Shown here: positions 43,457 through 55,190 of the stretch, in pieces
Layout: each line of letters opens with the position of its first letter
How positions within the stretch are numbered: the first letter of the stretch is position 1
From: Ylistrum balloti
Lineage: Eukaryota
DNA length: 64,000 nt
Assembly (NCBI RefSeq): GCF_031769215.1
Contig: NW_026782064.1
Coordinates: 1,674,001 to 1,738,000 of the forward strand
Direction of reading: 5' to 3'
Translations under genes and position numbers: made by a program
The notes under the pieces: generated by a model
Database searches by the model: none
Told to the model about the DNA's origin: nothing
The model's input: only the letters and a program-made list of their open reading frames with translations

Positions 43457-46400
43457 ATGGACCCAAGAGAAGATGCATGTTATTTCATCATGGAGGATAG
43501 CAAAAAAAATGGGTGTACTTGTTTATATCTGATGTATATATATATAACCTATGAAGTTAACAGTTTCTGTAATTTGAATTGTTGATGAATGACTATGAAA
43601 CATGTCTGTTTTCTAGCTTTGAAATGACTGGGGAAACTATGCCTTGTGGTTGTGAAAGGATGCTGCAGAATTTCAAACAAAACTGAAATATCATTATGTG
43701 TTTTCAACCTAAACCCTCAGATTGTATTAATTGCAGCAAAAAGACCTGAACTGTTCATTTTTAAAATGCTGAAAAAGAACTTTAAATTTCACATGATCAA
43801 CCATTGTCACAAAAATTTTGGCTGTGAAATAACATGCAATCACTTTTAAATTGATGGAATTGATGCTGTGTAACGATAGTGCACTGCATATGGGAAATAT
43901 CTTAGTATATTTCATTTAGAATCGGAAATGCACATGAATATTAAGTAGTGAACATAAAAATGTTGTCAAGTGACAAATTACCATAAACAAATACAAAATA
44001 ATGGCACTCTTAAGTGCGTTTACCATTTTTTCCTCTTCATCATAGGTTGCAGATGTTGATTCACTTTTGCTGAAAATGATGTTTTTTTTCCGATATCTGA
44101 TTGTGTCAAATCTGCATATACTGGTATATGAATTCATAAGACTAGATATATTCCTGGTGAATAGACGATTTCACTAGCTGAGTGATGAAGCTAAGTGTAA
44201 AGATGGACGAATGTTAATTATTGATATTGAATGAAATAGTGAATCATCTGTGATTAATGGGCTATTGGGATTCTGAATGTGAAGCTTTTTAACCAAATAA
44301 ATTGTTCTTAAGATATATACATGTATTAAAGTGTGTTGACTATCGAGTCATAGGGATGAAGTGAAAACCTGGCATGGGATAAGGGTATGCCATGATTTAT
44401 TATTGTCAATCAGAACTTGCTCATCATGGAAAGATGGAAAGAGTGGGCATTGAAAAAGACTATTTGATAGCTTATCTGGCCTGACAGTTTTACATTGTAT
44501 TATCTTATTAAAAGTTAGGGGAGGGGGGAGACTCAAATCTCGACAACAATATTTCGGGGGGTGGGGGGGGTCACTTTGTGTAAAAAAAGAAAGGAAAGGC
44601 TAGAATCGCAACAACATTGGGCAAGATTTCAGGGGGAAAATCATTGTGTAGTGGTAGGTTAATTTGGGATCATTAGTTTAAATTTCTATTTACTGAAAGA
44701 ATTCCTGATAAAATCAGATTCTTGTGAAGAAAATATAATGTGAAGATCATTGAATAGCACTAACTAGTAGTTTGATATATGTTGCCATACTTGCTTGTAG
44801 ACAGAATTGCCCCTCCATTTCAGAAGAGTTTCTAACATTGATAACTTTTAACCCATAAAGTAATGAGCAGTAATAAAATTCTCATGGAAGCCTTGGCTTT
44901 TTCTGCATTGAAGTTACCTCTTGGAAGTATTGGAACAACTTCAACAAGCTGAAAATATTGCAGGATGTGGTATTTCTTTCTAGAATAAGAGAAGCAAGGT
45001 TTTTAAAAATATGTATATCAGTTTTTGAAATGAAGAAAATAATATGTTTATTGCAAACATTAAAAGCTTTTTTATCTCATTAAATTTGAATTTAATGCAT
45101 GTAAAAAAATTAACTTCAAAATGCAGTAGGTACAAGTAGATAAATTATCTCCCTTCATCCATGTTGGTGTACAATTCCTACAAGGTGATGGGCCATTCTT
45201 GTTTCCTACCAGTATGTATGATATGTGCTATGTATCTAGAAATACAATATGACTTAAGAGGGAGAAATGACCACCTGATTGCTTGTAACTTCACTTATTG
45301 GCCGGACCTCTACAGAATATTGTTATCTTACAAGTAATCACTCTATGGAGACTAAACCTTTGACAATAGAGTCCATTGAAGGTATGTATTGTATGAATTC
45401 ATGTCAAAATGTTGTTCTTGCCGCAAATGAGATTTGCATTGTACATGTAGAAGTACTGTCGTAAACTATAGTAATGTGTGAGATTTTGACATTGGGAATA
45501 TAAGACAGTTTCAGTATCTGAAATGCAGGGCATATCTGAAAGATATTGTAGAATCTTTTCTTCCCTGTTTTGGGTTTCCACTTTACATTGGAATCTGGAT
45601 GGATATTGTTGTATGTTTAGAGCAAGAACAAGTGTGATGTACAGTGCTATAAAGATAAAATTCATTAATATCTGCTGAAAAGAGATTCTTTATCTCTTTG
45701 CATTCCTCAGCATAAATACTTAGATCAGTTTGCTGTTGGATTTTGTCATGAATAGTCTTTGCTCAATAGAGCTGTTTGAGAGTTTACTTGAATTATATCC
45801 AAGATACTATGATTTACAAGTAAATGATATTCTTTTCTCAATTAAGCTGTTTGTGTTATCCCAACATTCTTATTCACGGTCCTCTATAGTGTAGTTATAT
45901 AATGCCATCTAGTATTTGCAGCATATCACTCAATCATAAAGTATCAAATCTAAAGCAATTAAGGAAATATGTGTTGATATAGATGAACGATATGCAGTAA
46001 ATGATTTCATTAGACTGATACAAGTTGTTAACTTGGCAGTGCTTTTCATGTCATGGCCACATGCCTGGTTTTATCATGTCATGAGCATTCTCATCACAGC
46101 AACATTCCTTTGAAACCAAAGAATGGTTCAAAATTTCAAAAGTGATAATTTATGTTTGCATACAGAGGAAGTGATTGTCCTGTGTATTATAAAGGGTTTA
46201 CCATGGAGGTGACAATTTCCGTAAAAGTCGCACGTCTGTATGTTACCGATGAACCGTTGGGAAGTGTTGCTGGTTGCTTCATAAGTGGACTGGCTCTCTT
46301 ACTTTTAATGCAATACTAAATAATTTTTCACTTTCATTATCGAAATGTGAAAGGATGAAAAAAAGACATTATGTTATACTTTTCAAATTTCGTTCGATTG

Positions 46401-47801
46401 TGAAAATAGATGTCAAAAAAAAAGTAAATACATTTCACTCCATTTGAGTGTGTATATATATATATGTGTACAATCTGTTGTTTGGATGGTGTATATTTCA
46501 GTTCTGAAATTAATTTTGATAAAAACAAACTTTTTAAGTAAATGTTTGTATTTATTGGATGATAACTTTTTGAGTTCTTCAGTATCATTTTTTAAAGCTA
46601 TCATTGGCATTGTATATTCTCATTCATATCTCATTTGACTTTCCTATCTTTTTCATAGATGATTGCATGCTGTGGATGAGGAACACATTGGCGTTGTTAA
46701 GGTAATCACAAGTTAAATGTTTGTTTCCATGATGTTCCATATATGTTACTGGACAAGGGTAATGTGTGCAAATCCCAAACAAAAAGTCATGGTCGTACAA
46801 CTGCATCGTCTTACATGTATGTTTAACTGGCAATGATTGAGCAGATGGATAGGCCCTAGAAATTTTAATTGAAAATTAAAAAAAAAATAACTAGGTATTG
46901 CAGAACCTTCATATGTTAATTATCTTGGCATTGTAGAACCTTCATAAGGTGAAAAAAAATACTGCATTCTACTACTGACACGAAATTTTTACATGCATTT
47001 TCACGTTTTCCAGACATGAGTTACATGATGACCTGAGAGCATCTGTTGTTGATGAGAGACTTGTCCATACTTGATGCCACATCTTCATTCATGTGATGGT
47101 AAGAAATAACTTGTGCATGAAATAAAAGATAGTTAATGGATTTTAAAGGGGTGAATTTGTTAAGATTTTCACAATTTCAGCCCATAAGTTATTAAGCTGA
47201 AGATGGGAAAAATAATTGTTGCTTGCCCCATGAAGGTTTGCTTGTACACTAAGTATATACAAACAGGTTCTGTCGTCTATCCATGGCATTATTGAGCATA
47301 TCTCCAAAAAGCATTCAAGATAACAGAACTAACTTTCTCTACACATCAGTCAAGAAATTAAAAGTTCCAAATTTTGTTTTATTTTTCATTTCAGTCTCCA
47401 GATCAAATCCCTTTACTTGAGGATATTGATGATATTGACAAGACTTGCTGTGAACAAGTGAGTGCAAGTGTGGAGACTTGTCATATACAACATGCAAGGC
47501 AAAGAAAGAAATGAAGTTCACCAAATGGGAGAGGTGAGAACAAAGACCATAGATAAATGACTCTGTCATAACAATACCTCAATGTCCATATCTAACAACT
47601 AAATAGTAGGCCTGCATTAAGATACAGTCATTACATAGTACTTTCTTTTACCAATTAGCATGTAATGAAATATTTTATAAACTTTTAACACATTTAAAAT
47701 GTTATGTTTACTGAATTTGATTTATATTTTAGATTGTGTGTGGATCCATTACAAGATGGAATAATGAAAGACTGGAGTTACAGAACTCGACTGGACAGTG
47801 A
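43457..47801 (+). other. Candidate multi-exon gene or pseudogene of unknown family (about 150 codons, one in-frame TGA)
   Basis: Phase-consistent exon chain 43457-43512, 44914-44969, 45316-45381, 46659-46701, 47014-47098, 47395-47457, 47733-47801; AATAAA at 47839 and 47844. The first two exons are weaker. Confidence 0.4.
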
Positions 47802-49884
47802 TATTCTTCAATTTGATTGTTAGCATTAAATTTGATAGAATAAAATAAATTGAAACTGATCAGGTTTTCTTATGATCTGTATCTCACCAGCATAATTTAA
47901 TTGTATCTCTCATAATGTCAAGTTTCTTTGGAGCACTTACCAGTGTCATGTCACATGAAGTTCACACAAAAATTATAACATAAACAGACAAAATTGTAGA
48001 TCATTTACGAGTTTAAGTATTATTATTGTTCATTAAACCTTGTCATGTCTTTACTGAAATGACATTCCTTTTAAGTAAATGGATTTTTCCTAGAAATTTG
48101 TGAAAAAAACTGAATTGTTGTCATCATTAGACTGCATCATAACTTCCCTATATTTGCTATTATCTGTTAATGTTTATCCAAGCATCATGACATTAGAAAC
48201 AAGGCCTTGAATATGATATGAGACATTTAAGCACAATATTTAGAGGAAGGAGGGATTGTTACTATCTAGCAATCAACATCAAGTTGAATGCTTAGCCGTT
48301 TGTGTTGGTTACATTTTTGGGAAATCAGATATGCGTGAGCCATTCGTGTCCATCATGTTCCTGGCAAACGGACAAAAAAAACGGAAGCAAAGTGTAAGCA
48401 AAAGTGAAGATTACACAAGAAAAGCATCCAATGGGGAGAAGTAGAAAGAATGATACTTTTAACTCGCATTTTTGCACAGTTACATCATCTACAACGGTGT
48501 CGCCAACTTGCCCGATATTGTCAGGTCAACTTTACATTTAGAACATCTAAATACATACTGATGTGATAACTACTACAGAATGGATTATAATGTCATATTA
48601 CCTGACGACCCTTTAAAGTGCCTAGTCAACCTTGATTTTGAAGGCCATGACCAGATATTCACAAGAGGTTGACGACACGGCTAACACACAATTTATACTA
48701 CACACAGCCATGACAAAATGACCAACATACCGGACACCGTTCACACGGTTAGCGATATGTGGCAGCATTGTTGACTAAGACATACTAGTAAAACACTCCT
48801 CATCAGTAAATTTCATCAAAATAAGGAATAAATTAGATCATTTAATCAAACAGGAAGATTGTAATTTTGAATATCATAACAATAGATTTATCTGAATTGC
48901 ATATATATATATATATATGATGTATGAAGGAGAAGTGACATACATACATGGAAGGGTCACATCTGCGTTGTTGTGGAAAAGGCAGTAATTAAGAAAACGT
49001 GTTAAATAAAAAAGTCTCCAACAGCCGTAATATGGATTTGTTATCAGATGAACTTATAAACGTCACAATACGAAAACATTCTGTATAAACACTGAAAATA
49101 ATGGTGTACACATCAAGGACTTGGTAACGGAGTGGTCGTTTACTTCTAAAATGAAGGAGCATTGCAAGTGGTGCATTAGTGCTGTTATAAACATAGGTGA
49201 TCAGTGTAAACACAAGGGAAGATCAACAGCTAAGTAAATCCTTAATTTTAATTCCAAAAGCGAGAACTTTGTGGATAGCAGCAACAAACGTACAAGTTGA
49301 CTTGCACCTTACTTCATTTAGCAAACGGAGACGGAATATTTACTAAGGGAGAAAGTTGAAACAATAAAACGCCGAAGATCTGACCCATTACGAAATTGCG
49401 CCTGGTATAAAGAGAACCCGTTTTTTTTAATCGCAAGGGTACATAATGCACTATTCGATCACTGTTTGACAGTGTAATACGCATTTTATCAAAAATAGTT
49501 TTTGAATTCGTATATCCCACGGTACACTTTTTCAGAAATATCTCATAGATTAACCTTTATCATTTCATTGAAAAAAAAAGTTTTTAGCTTTTATAACACC
49601 CGAAATCATTATATAAATATACAATTGGGTTGTTTCAATGCCCAAGAGTGACTGATTTGCTGTTTCTCACTCGACAACTACCATGACTATGTCGATGTGT
49701 TCTTGAAATGCTTGTAGTAAGCGTTCGTATCAAAAGTTTGCAAATCAAAATAAGATTAGGAAAACACTGCGACCAAAAGACGAAATAAAGTGCATTTACA
49801 ACATACGTTTTTAAGATATAATCCGCCTGTTATCCGATCCGGAATATTTTTTGTATATATCACAAGTGGAATATACCCTAGAGC

Positions 49885-49975
49885 GTTTCTCATTGGCTGC
49901 ACCAGTCAGAAATAAGTTGTGATGTCATGATGAACAATAGGATTATGTCATGAATTGAAAATGGTTGCCTCCGTT
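49885..49975. promoter_or_regulatory. Candidate core promoter
   Basis: Clustered ATTGG (CCAAT box), TGATGTCA (CRE-like) and AAAATGGTTGCC (YY1-like) just inside the CpG-retaining zone; direction unknown. Confidence 0.3.
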
Positions 49976-50322
49976 TAATGTTGTTTGGTGTTCTCGACAT
50001 TTCTATTTGTTAGAATGTAACTTTTCTAAGTCATGTGATAATTTTTTAAAAATGGTTTCATTTCATATAAGATTCTATGAAAGGCAAAGATCTGTTAACA
50101 CTCGGTTCATAAAATCTCTTCAATGAAAACCTATTTAAGATTCCATATATAACAACATTTATCTATTTTACTTTAAATGTGTTGCGGTATCGACTGCAGT
50201 TTTGTTTATTGTAAATTACAAAGAACATGACATGAAGTCCGGGGTTGACACAGGCATCTTGATGTATGCTCATAGAGTTAATTCTGATTAATTTTCATGC
50301 TTTATATCATTAATAAATCGAG

Positions 50323-50586
50323 ATGTTTAAAACGTGTACTTTCTTCTTATGCATTACGTTTTTGCAGTTGTTTTCTGTTGTAACGCTTTTGCTAATGTTG
50401 TTGGTCGGTACTGATTTGTTGACAAAGAAAGGTAAGAAAAGTTTGAATCATTCTATAAAAAAATATTATTACTTAAGTCTGTAACTTTGTGTTGTGTAGA
50501 GAGTCATGTACTAATTACTGAAAGCTTGGTTACAATATATGTTTTGACACTTTGTTTCAACAGCTGTTCATCAGTTTATGCATTAG
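50323..50586 (+). CDS. Candidate two-exon hydrophobic micropeptide (43 aa)
   Basis: 50323-50431 (AAG|gtaaga) spliced to 50564-50586 (tttcaacag acceptor) gives MFKTCTFFLCITFLQLFSVVTLLLMLLVGTDLLTKKAVHQFMH; AATAAA at 50717. Confidence 0.3.
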
Positions 50587-51295
50587 TATGGACCTCCAAG
50601 TCATTATCGTTTGACATCTGTGTAGAGAGTTGTGGTTTTATCGTTTGACAGACCATTTGTTGGCGACAACACACGACAGACAGTAGTGCCTGGTCATAGA
50701 ACATGGCATATGTTGCAATAAACACGAAACATTGTAAAAGTCTGTGAATCTGGTTTTACCTCGAGGGTCTTACAAAAACATCATTTATATCAGCATGACA
50801 AAAACACATATTGTTTGTGAAATTTAATCCTTTCTTTTGTTGTGATAACATTTACTAGAATATGTTTGTCAATGAATCGAGTTCAGTCGCAGTGTTAATT
50901 TACATACCTCTCGGATTATTTAATATATCTGTGTTTCCATATATAGTAATACTATGATTACAACATCCCTAAATATCCCCGATACCATTAGCGCTGTGGT
51001 ACTGATTTATTTTAATTGCATTGTCAATCTGTCGTTAAAGCTATTCATTACATTGACAAGCTTTCATATCTATGATATTATTTTTCCACTAATGGGTTTT
51101 AAACACAACGAAACACATTTCATAAAATGTCTGCGATGTCGTTATGATTTATGCTGTCAAGACCAGGTGCTCGTTTTTCATTAAAAACAAGTGGGGAAAA
51201 AAATCGGCTATAAATACACATTTTTATGTCAAAATTGCCGAGTACAATTTTATTTTAATAATTTGCTTGCGATTGGGTATCGGATTTCACTGGAC

Positions 51296-51961
51296 ATGAG
51301 GAGGACGTGTTTAGGTCTGTATCTAATGGTGCTGGTAGTGATGACATCTGTCACGAGCTTCTCAGGTATGAATATATATTTGCTACCTGTCTTAATAAAG
51401 AGAGATTATCTTACTTTGTACGCGTTCAAACAAAACCTCACTTATACTTGAATAAATGTTGTTACATCACAAGAAAAGATATGTTTGACGTTTCGATGAC
51501 GACACTGTCACATTCATAAATGTTCTATTTTGTTGTGATATAATAATATTCAATCTATTTATGAAAACAACAAAACTGACTGAATTACAGGGCTAGTGTA
51601 CATTCTCATTTAGAGTTTAACATTGCCCCCGGTCACTCTGTATTTTCCTCAGTCGCTTTCAAAATTCGGTTCATATTATCATAGACGAGTCCTAGAAGGA
51701 CGAAACAGCAGTATAATGCAGTTGAATTCGTTATTTGGCACTAATTGTAAATTGTCTTAAAAGGTGCCATAGATCTGTTGTATTTTGTACAATTTTAGGT
51801 GAATGTTCCGTGACTTTATATTGATTTAAATTAATTGTTTTGATTTTACAGTACCAACACTGCGATGCAAGTCTACATGCAGAATTTATTGTCCGTTTGG
51901 TTTCTTAGACGATGGTAGATGTCCAAGATGTACCTGTGCAAAATCCCCTCTCGGAAGGTAA
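51296..51961 (+). CDS. Small secreted antistasin-like cysteine-rich peptide (putative protease inhibitor)
   Basis: Exon 51296-51365 encodes a signal peptide, MRRTCLGLYLMVLVVMTSVTSFS (CAG|gtatga). Exon 51852-51961 (ttttacag acceptor, phase 1) encodes VPTLRCKSTCRIYCPFGFLDDGRCPRCTCAKSPLGR*, with the antistasin C..C...CP.GF..D..C..C.C pattern. The stop codon overlaps a possible donor (AG|gtaatt). Confidence 0.82.
51676..51719 (+). mobile_element. Degenerate hammerhead-motif copy in the antistasin-like gene intron
   Basis: TAGACGA-GTCC-TAGAA-GGAC-GAAA-C-AGCA-G-TA; CUGA is mutated, the 4-bp stem II is intact. Confidence 0.5.
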
Positions 51962-52317
51962 TTACCTGATGTACTCTCTGAGGTACTAATAGATTGCCTG
52001 TGGTAGATACTGTAATGTAGGCTGTGAAGGAATAAATCCATTTCTGTCGTTAATAGACTTAACAAATCAATTCCATTTTCACGAGTCAAAAATTACCCGT
52101 TGTTTAATTATCTGTTCATCTACTTCGCTTGTTTCATCACTTACTTCAACACATGAAACATATTCTTTATATTTGATTTTACCTGTATACGAACTATTTT
52201 AAAATACTCTCCTCACGATAATGAAATGCGTTTTACTTGTCAATGTCTCAAAGTTTTAGATATGATCTCTATTCAACTATCAATGCCATAGCGATTTGTG
52301 ATGATGTTAAGCTAGTT

Positions 52318-53311
52318 TCATACACTGTGTGAAAATTAGGTAGCATGGTGGTCATGTTATTGACTAATGTAGGTGGTGTCGCAGAGTTTGGTAGGAATAT
52401 CACGGTTATTGTCATACACTGTGTGAAAGTTAGGTAGCATGGTGGTCATGTTATTGACTAATGTAGGTGGTGTCGCAGAGTTTGGTAGGAATATCACGGT
52501 TATTGTCATACACCGTGTGAAAGTTAGGTAGCATTGTGGTCATGTTATTGTCTGATGTAGGTGGTGTAGAATTTGGTAGGAATATCACGGTTATTGTCAT
52601 ACACTGTGTGAGAGTTAGGTAGCATGGTGATCATGTTATTGTCTGATGTAGGTGGTGTCGCAGAGTTTGGTAGGAATATCACGGTTATTGTCATACACTG
52701 TGTGAGAGTTAGGTAGCATGGTGGTCATGTTATTGTCTGATGTAGGTGGTGTAGAATTTGGCAGGAATATCACGGTTATTGTCATACACTGTGTGAGAGT
52801 TAGGTAGCATGGTGGTCATGCTATTGTCTGATGTAGGTGGTGTAGAATTTGGTAGGAATATCACGGTTATTGTCATACACTGTGTGAGAATTAGGTAGCA
52901 TGGTGGTCATGTTATTGTCTGATGTAGGTGGTGTAGAATTTGGCAGGAATATCACGGTTATTGTCATACACTGAGTGAGAGTTAGGTAGCATGGTGGTCA
53001 TGTTATTGTCTGATGTAGGTGGTGTAGAATTTGGTAGGAATATCACGGTTATTGTCATACACTGTGTGAGAGTTAGGTAGCATGGTGATCATGTTATTGT
53101 CTGATGTAGGTGGTGTAGAATTTGGCAGGAATATCACGGTTATTGTCATACACTGTGTGAGAGTTAGGTAGCATGGTGGTCATGTTATTGTCTGATGTAG
53201 GTGGTGTTGTAGAATTTGGTAGGAATATCACGGTTATTGTCATACACTGTGTGAGAGTTAGGTAGCATGGTGGTCATGCTATTGTCTGATGTAGGTGGTG
53301 TTGTAGAATTT
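52318..53311. repeat. 91-94-bp tandem array (about 10.5 copies) downstream of the antistasin-like exon
   Basis: Unit TCATACACTGTGTGAGAGTTAGGTAGCATGGTGGTCATGTTATTGTCTGATGTAGGTGGTGTAGAATTTGGTAGGAATATCACGGTTATTG. Confidence 0.95.
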
Positions 53312-54382
53312 GGTTGTGAAGTTACATTTATCGGTAAATTTAGTTTGGCATTCATGTGACGGTTATTGTCATAAGGTTATCACAGTATTTGATGATTGTG
53401 TTACAGTTTCTGTAATACATTAGATGATGTCATATTGTTTGATAGTCACGGGACGGTTATTGTCATGTTGGAAGTAAATCCTGCTCTGTAGATCGTAAGA
53501 AGGGGCATGATTCATTCGATTCAAAATTATAGAAGGCGATAACAGTATAATAAAACAAAACTTGTTGGCTTGATAATGATAGTTTTTGGTTACAATACTC
53601 AAATGTAGCATAGCTTTTATAAATTGTGATTTACAACGAAACTATATAAATATGAGGTTCGCCAATTGTTCTCGTCATTTATTCACGTAAATATTTGTAT
53701 GTCGTTCATCATCACTCAATTTATATTTCAGGGTCGACTGGTGGAAGAAAAGTCTGATATAATAACGGTTTATTCCGAGAGTATAGCCTCACCATATTTA
53801 CTTCCGGTAGCAGGAGCAATGGTTACGTCAACAAGTAAACATACATGAAGGAGAATTATGTCACAAGTGTGACACTGAATGTAGCTCATCAGTTCAAATT
53901 CGAATGGTCGAGTAAAATTTTGAACATCGAAATTTACTGCTTTTACTGATATGTTGTGTTGTAGACTTATTTCCAAACTCATAACCAAGAGAAAAAATAT
54001 ACTACTTTATCACGGCTCGATACCAGAGCGATATGATACCGAACAGTCATATTGTCTTCAACTTTTCGATCATAGAAATTATTTTTTATTTTTCTCTTGT
54101 ATACTTATAAGTTTCTCTTCCTACCCCGGCCCTTTCATCTTGCTGATTCATAAACAATTTAATGACACTCTTATTTTTTGCAAGATCAAAATTACCATAA
54201 AGGTCTTAATCATCACCACTAGTATTAATACTCCATTATGCTCCATACCCATAGAATTTAATTTAACAAGAACATGTCATGCACGTTATCCCAGATCTTG
54301 GAGGCTTAAGTCCACCAGTGGTGTCTACCACTATTTTCAAAATAATAGTTAGATATTGTAGAACCAAATATTAAAGAAAAAT

Positions 54383-54426
54383 GCATCATACAAATGTTTT
54401 GACCTTTCAGGACTCGTCCGTGATGC
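54383..54426 (-). mobile_element. Degenerate copy of the same hammerhead-bearing repeat; body continues to about 54540, with a related copy at about 59445-59560
   Basis: GCATCA-CGGACGA-GTCC-TGAAA-GGTC-AAAA-CATTTGTA-TGATGC has a perfect 6-bp stem I but a mutated core. The body AAGTAATGTCACGTTC...TATACAACAACG is shared by the two loci. Confidence 0.55.
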
Positions 54427-55159
54427 TAAGACTTTACATTGTAAATCTTGGTCAGTACAAGTAATGTCACGTTCTCAAATAAGAACAACGTATACAACAA
54501 CGAAACCAACATGCATACTAACGGGCATCTAACACGTCCAGCCACATACCACACAAACAAATAGGATATTTTCCAATGAGAACATTATGGCGACCATGAA
54601 ACTTCCGCACATTTTTTTATCAACCTCCATCTTTCAAAACCATGTGTTGTGAAATTGTCTGACGGGTGACATCTTGCACAAAAATCGTGATATTGAGAAA
54701 CAGACCCTTGATTACCGAATCAACAGCGACATGTAAACGTTACTCGTTTAGGTTTCATTATTTTTTATATTGTATTATTGAAAAGAAACATTAGGTGTGT
54801 GTAGTACGACAAGATTTAAGATATTAAAATTATTCCTGACTTCGTCTTCTGCTACATAAACCAATGCATGCAACCAATTAAAACTTCCCTAACTACTGCA
54901 TTGGTTAGACGGTTGGAATCTCCCAGGTGAATACCAAGGCTAAAGCAACAGGCATAATACTCTGTTGAAGACAATACATTTCATCTTGTTGAGAAGTACC
55001 ATTTTGATATGGTGATGTTGTTCCAAGGAAAAGAAATCACAGAGGTCATTGTAGAAAATCACATCAAGGAAAACAAAGAGAAAAGGATGATCTTTATTAT
55101 TTAATTTTTAAACGTTAATGAGACAATACATCGTCATCAAATTATCAAAAGTAACACAC

Positions 55160-55165
55160 TTTATT
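55160..55165 (-). terminator. Candidate poly(A) signal of the Kunitz gene
   Basis: AATAAA on the minus strand 25 nt after the stop codon. Confidence 0.5.
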
Positions 55166-55190
55166 TAAGACTTATTACAGAAAACAAAAA

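Noticed and set aside
45399-45665. 88-aa minus-strand ORF beginning with a signal-peptide-like stretch (MNFIFIALYITLVLA)
   Set aside because: No recognisable domain or Cys pattern, AT-driven composition, and no supporting splice or promoter evidence; it lies antisense within an intron of the candidate 43-48 kb gene.
47802-48100. SECIS element supporting selenocysteine decoding of TGA 47072
   Set aside because: AUGA...AA...GA candidates here lack a convincing helix, and the first AATAAA comes only about 40 nt after the stop. Not excluded without a SECIS search.
52318-53311. 91-94-bp array as another exon-junction duplication
   Set aside because: The unit shares no sequence with the antistasin-like exons, and its AG|GT sites are weak.
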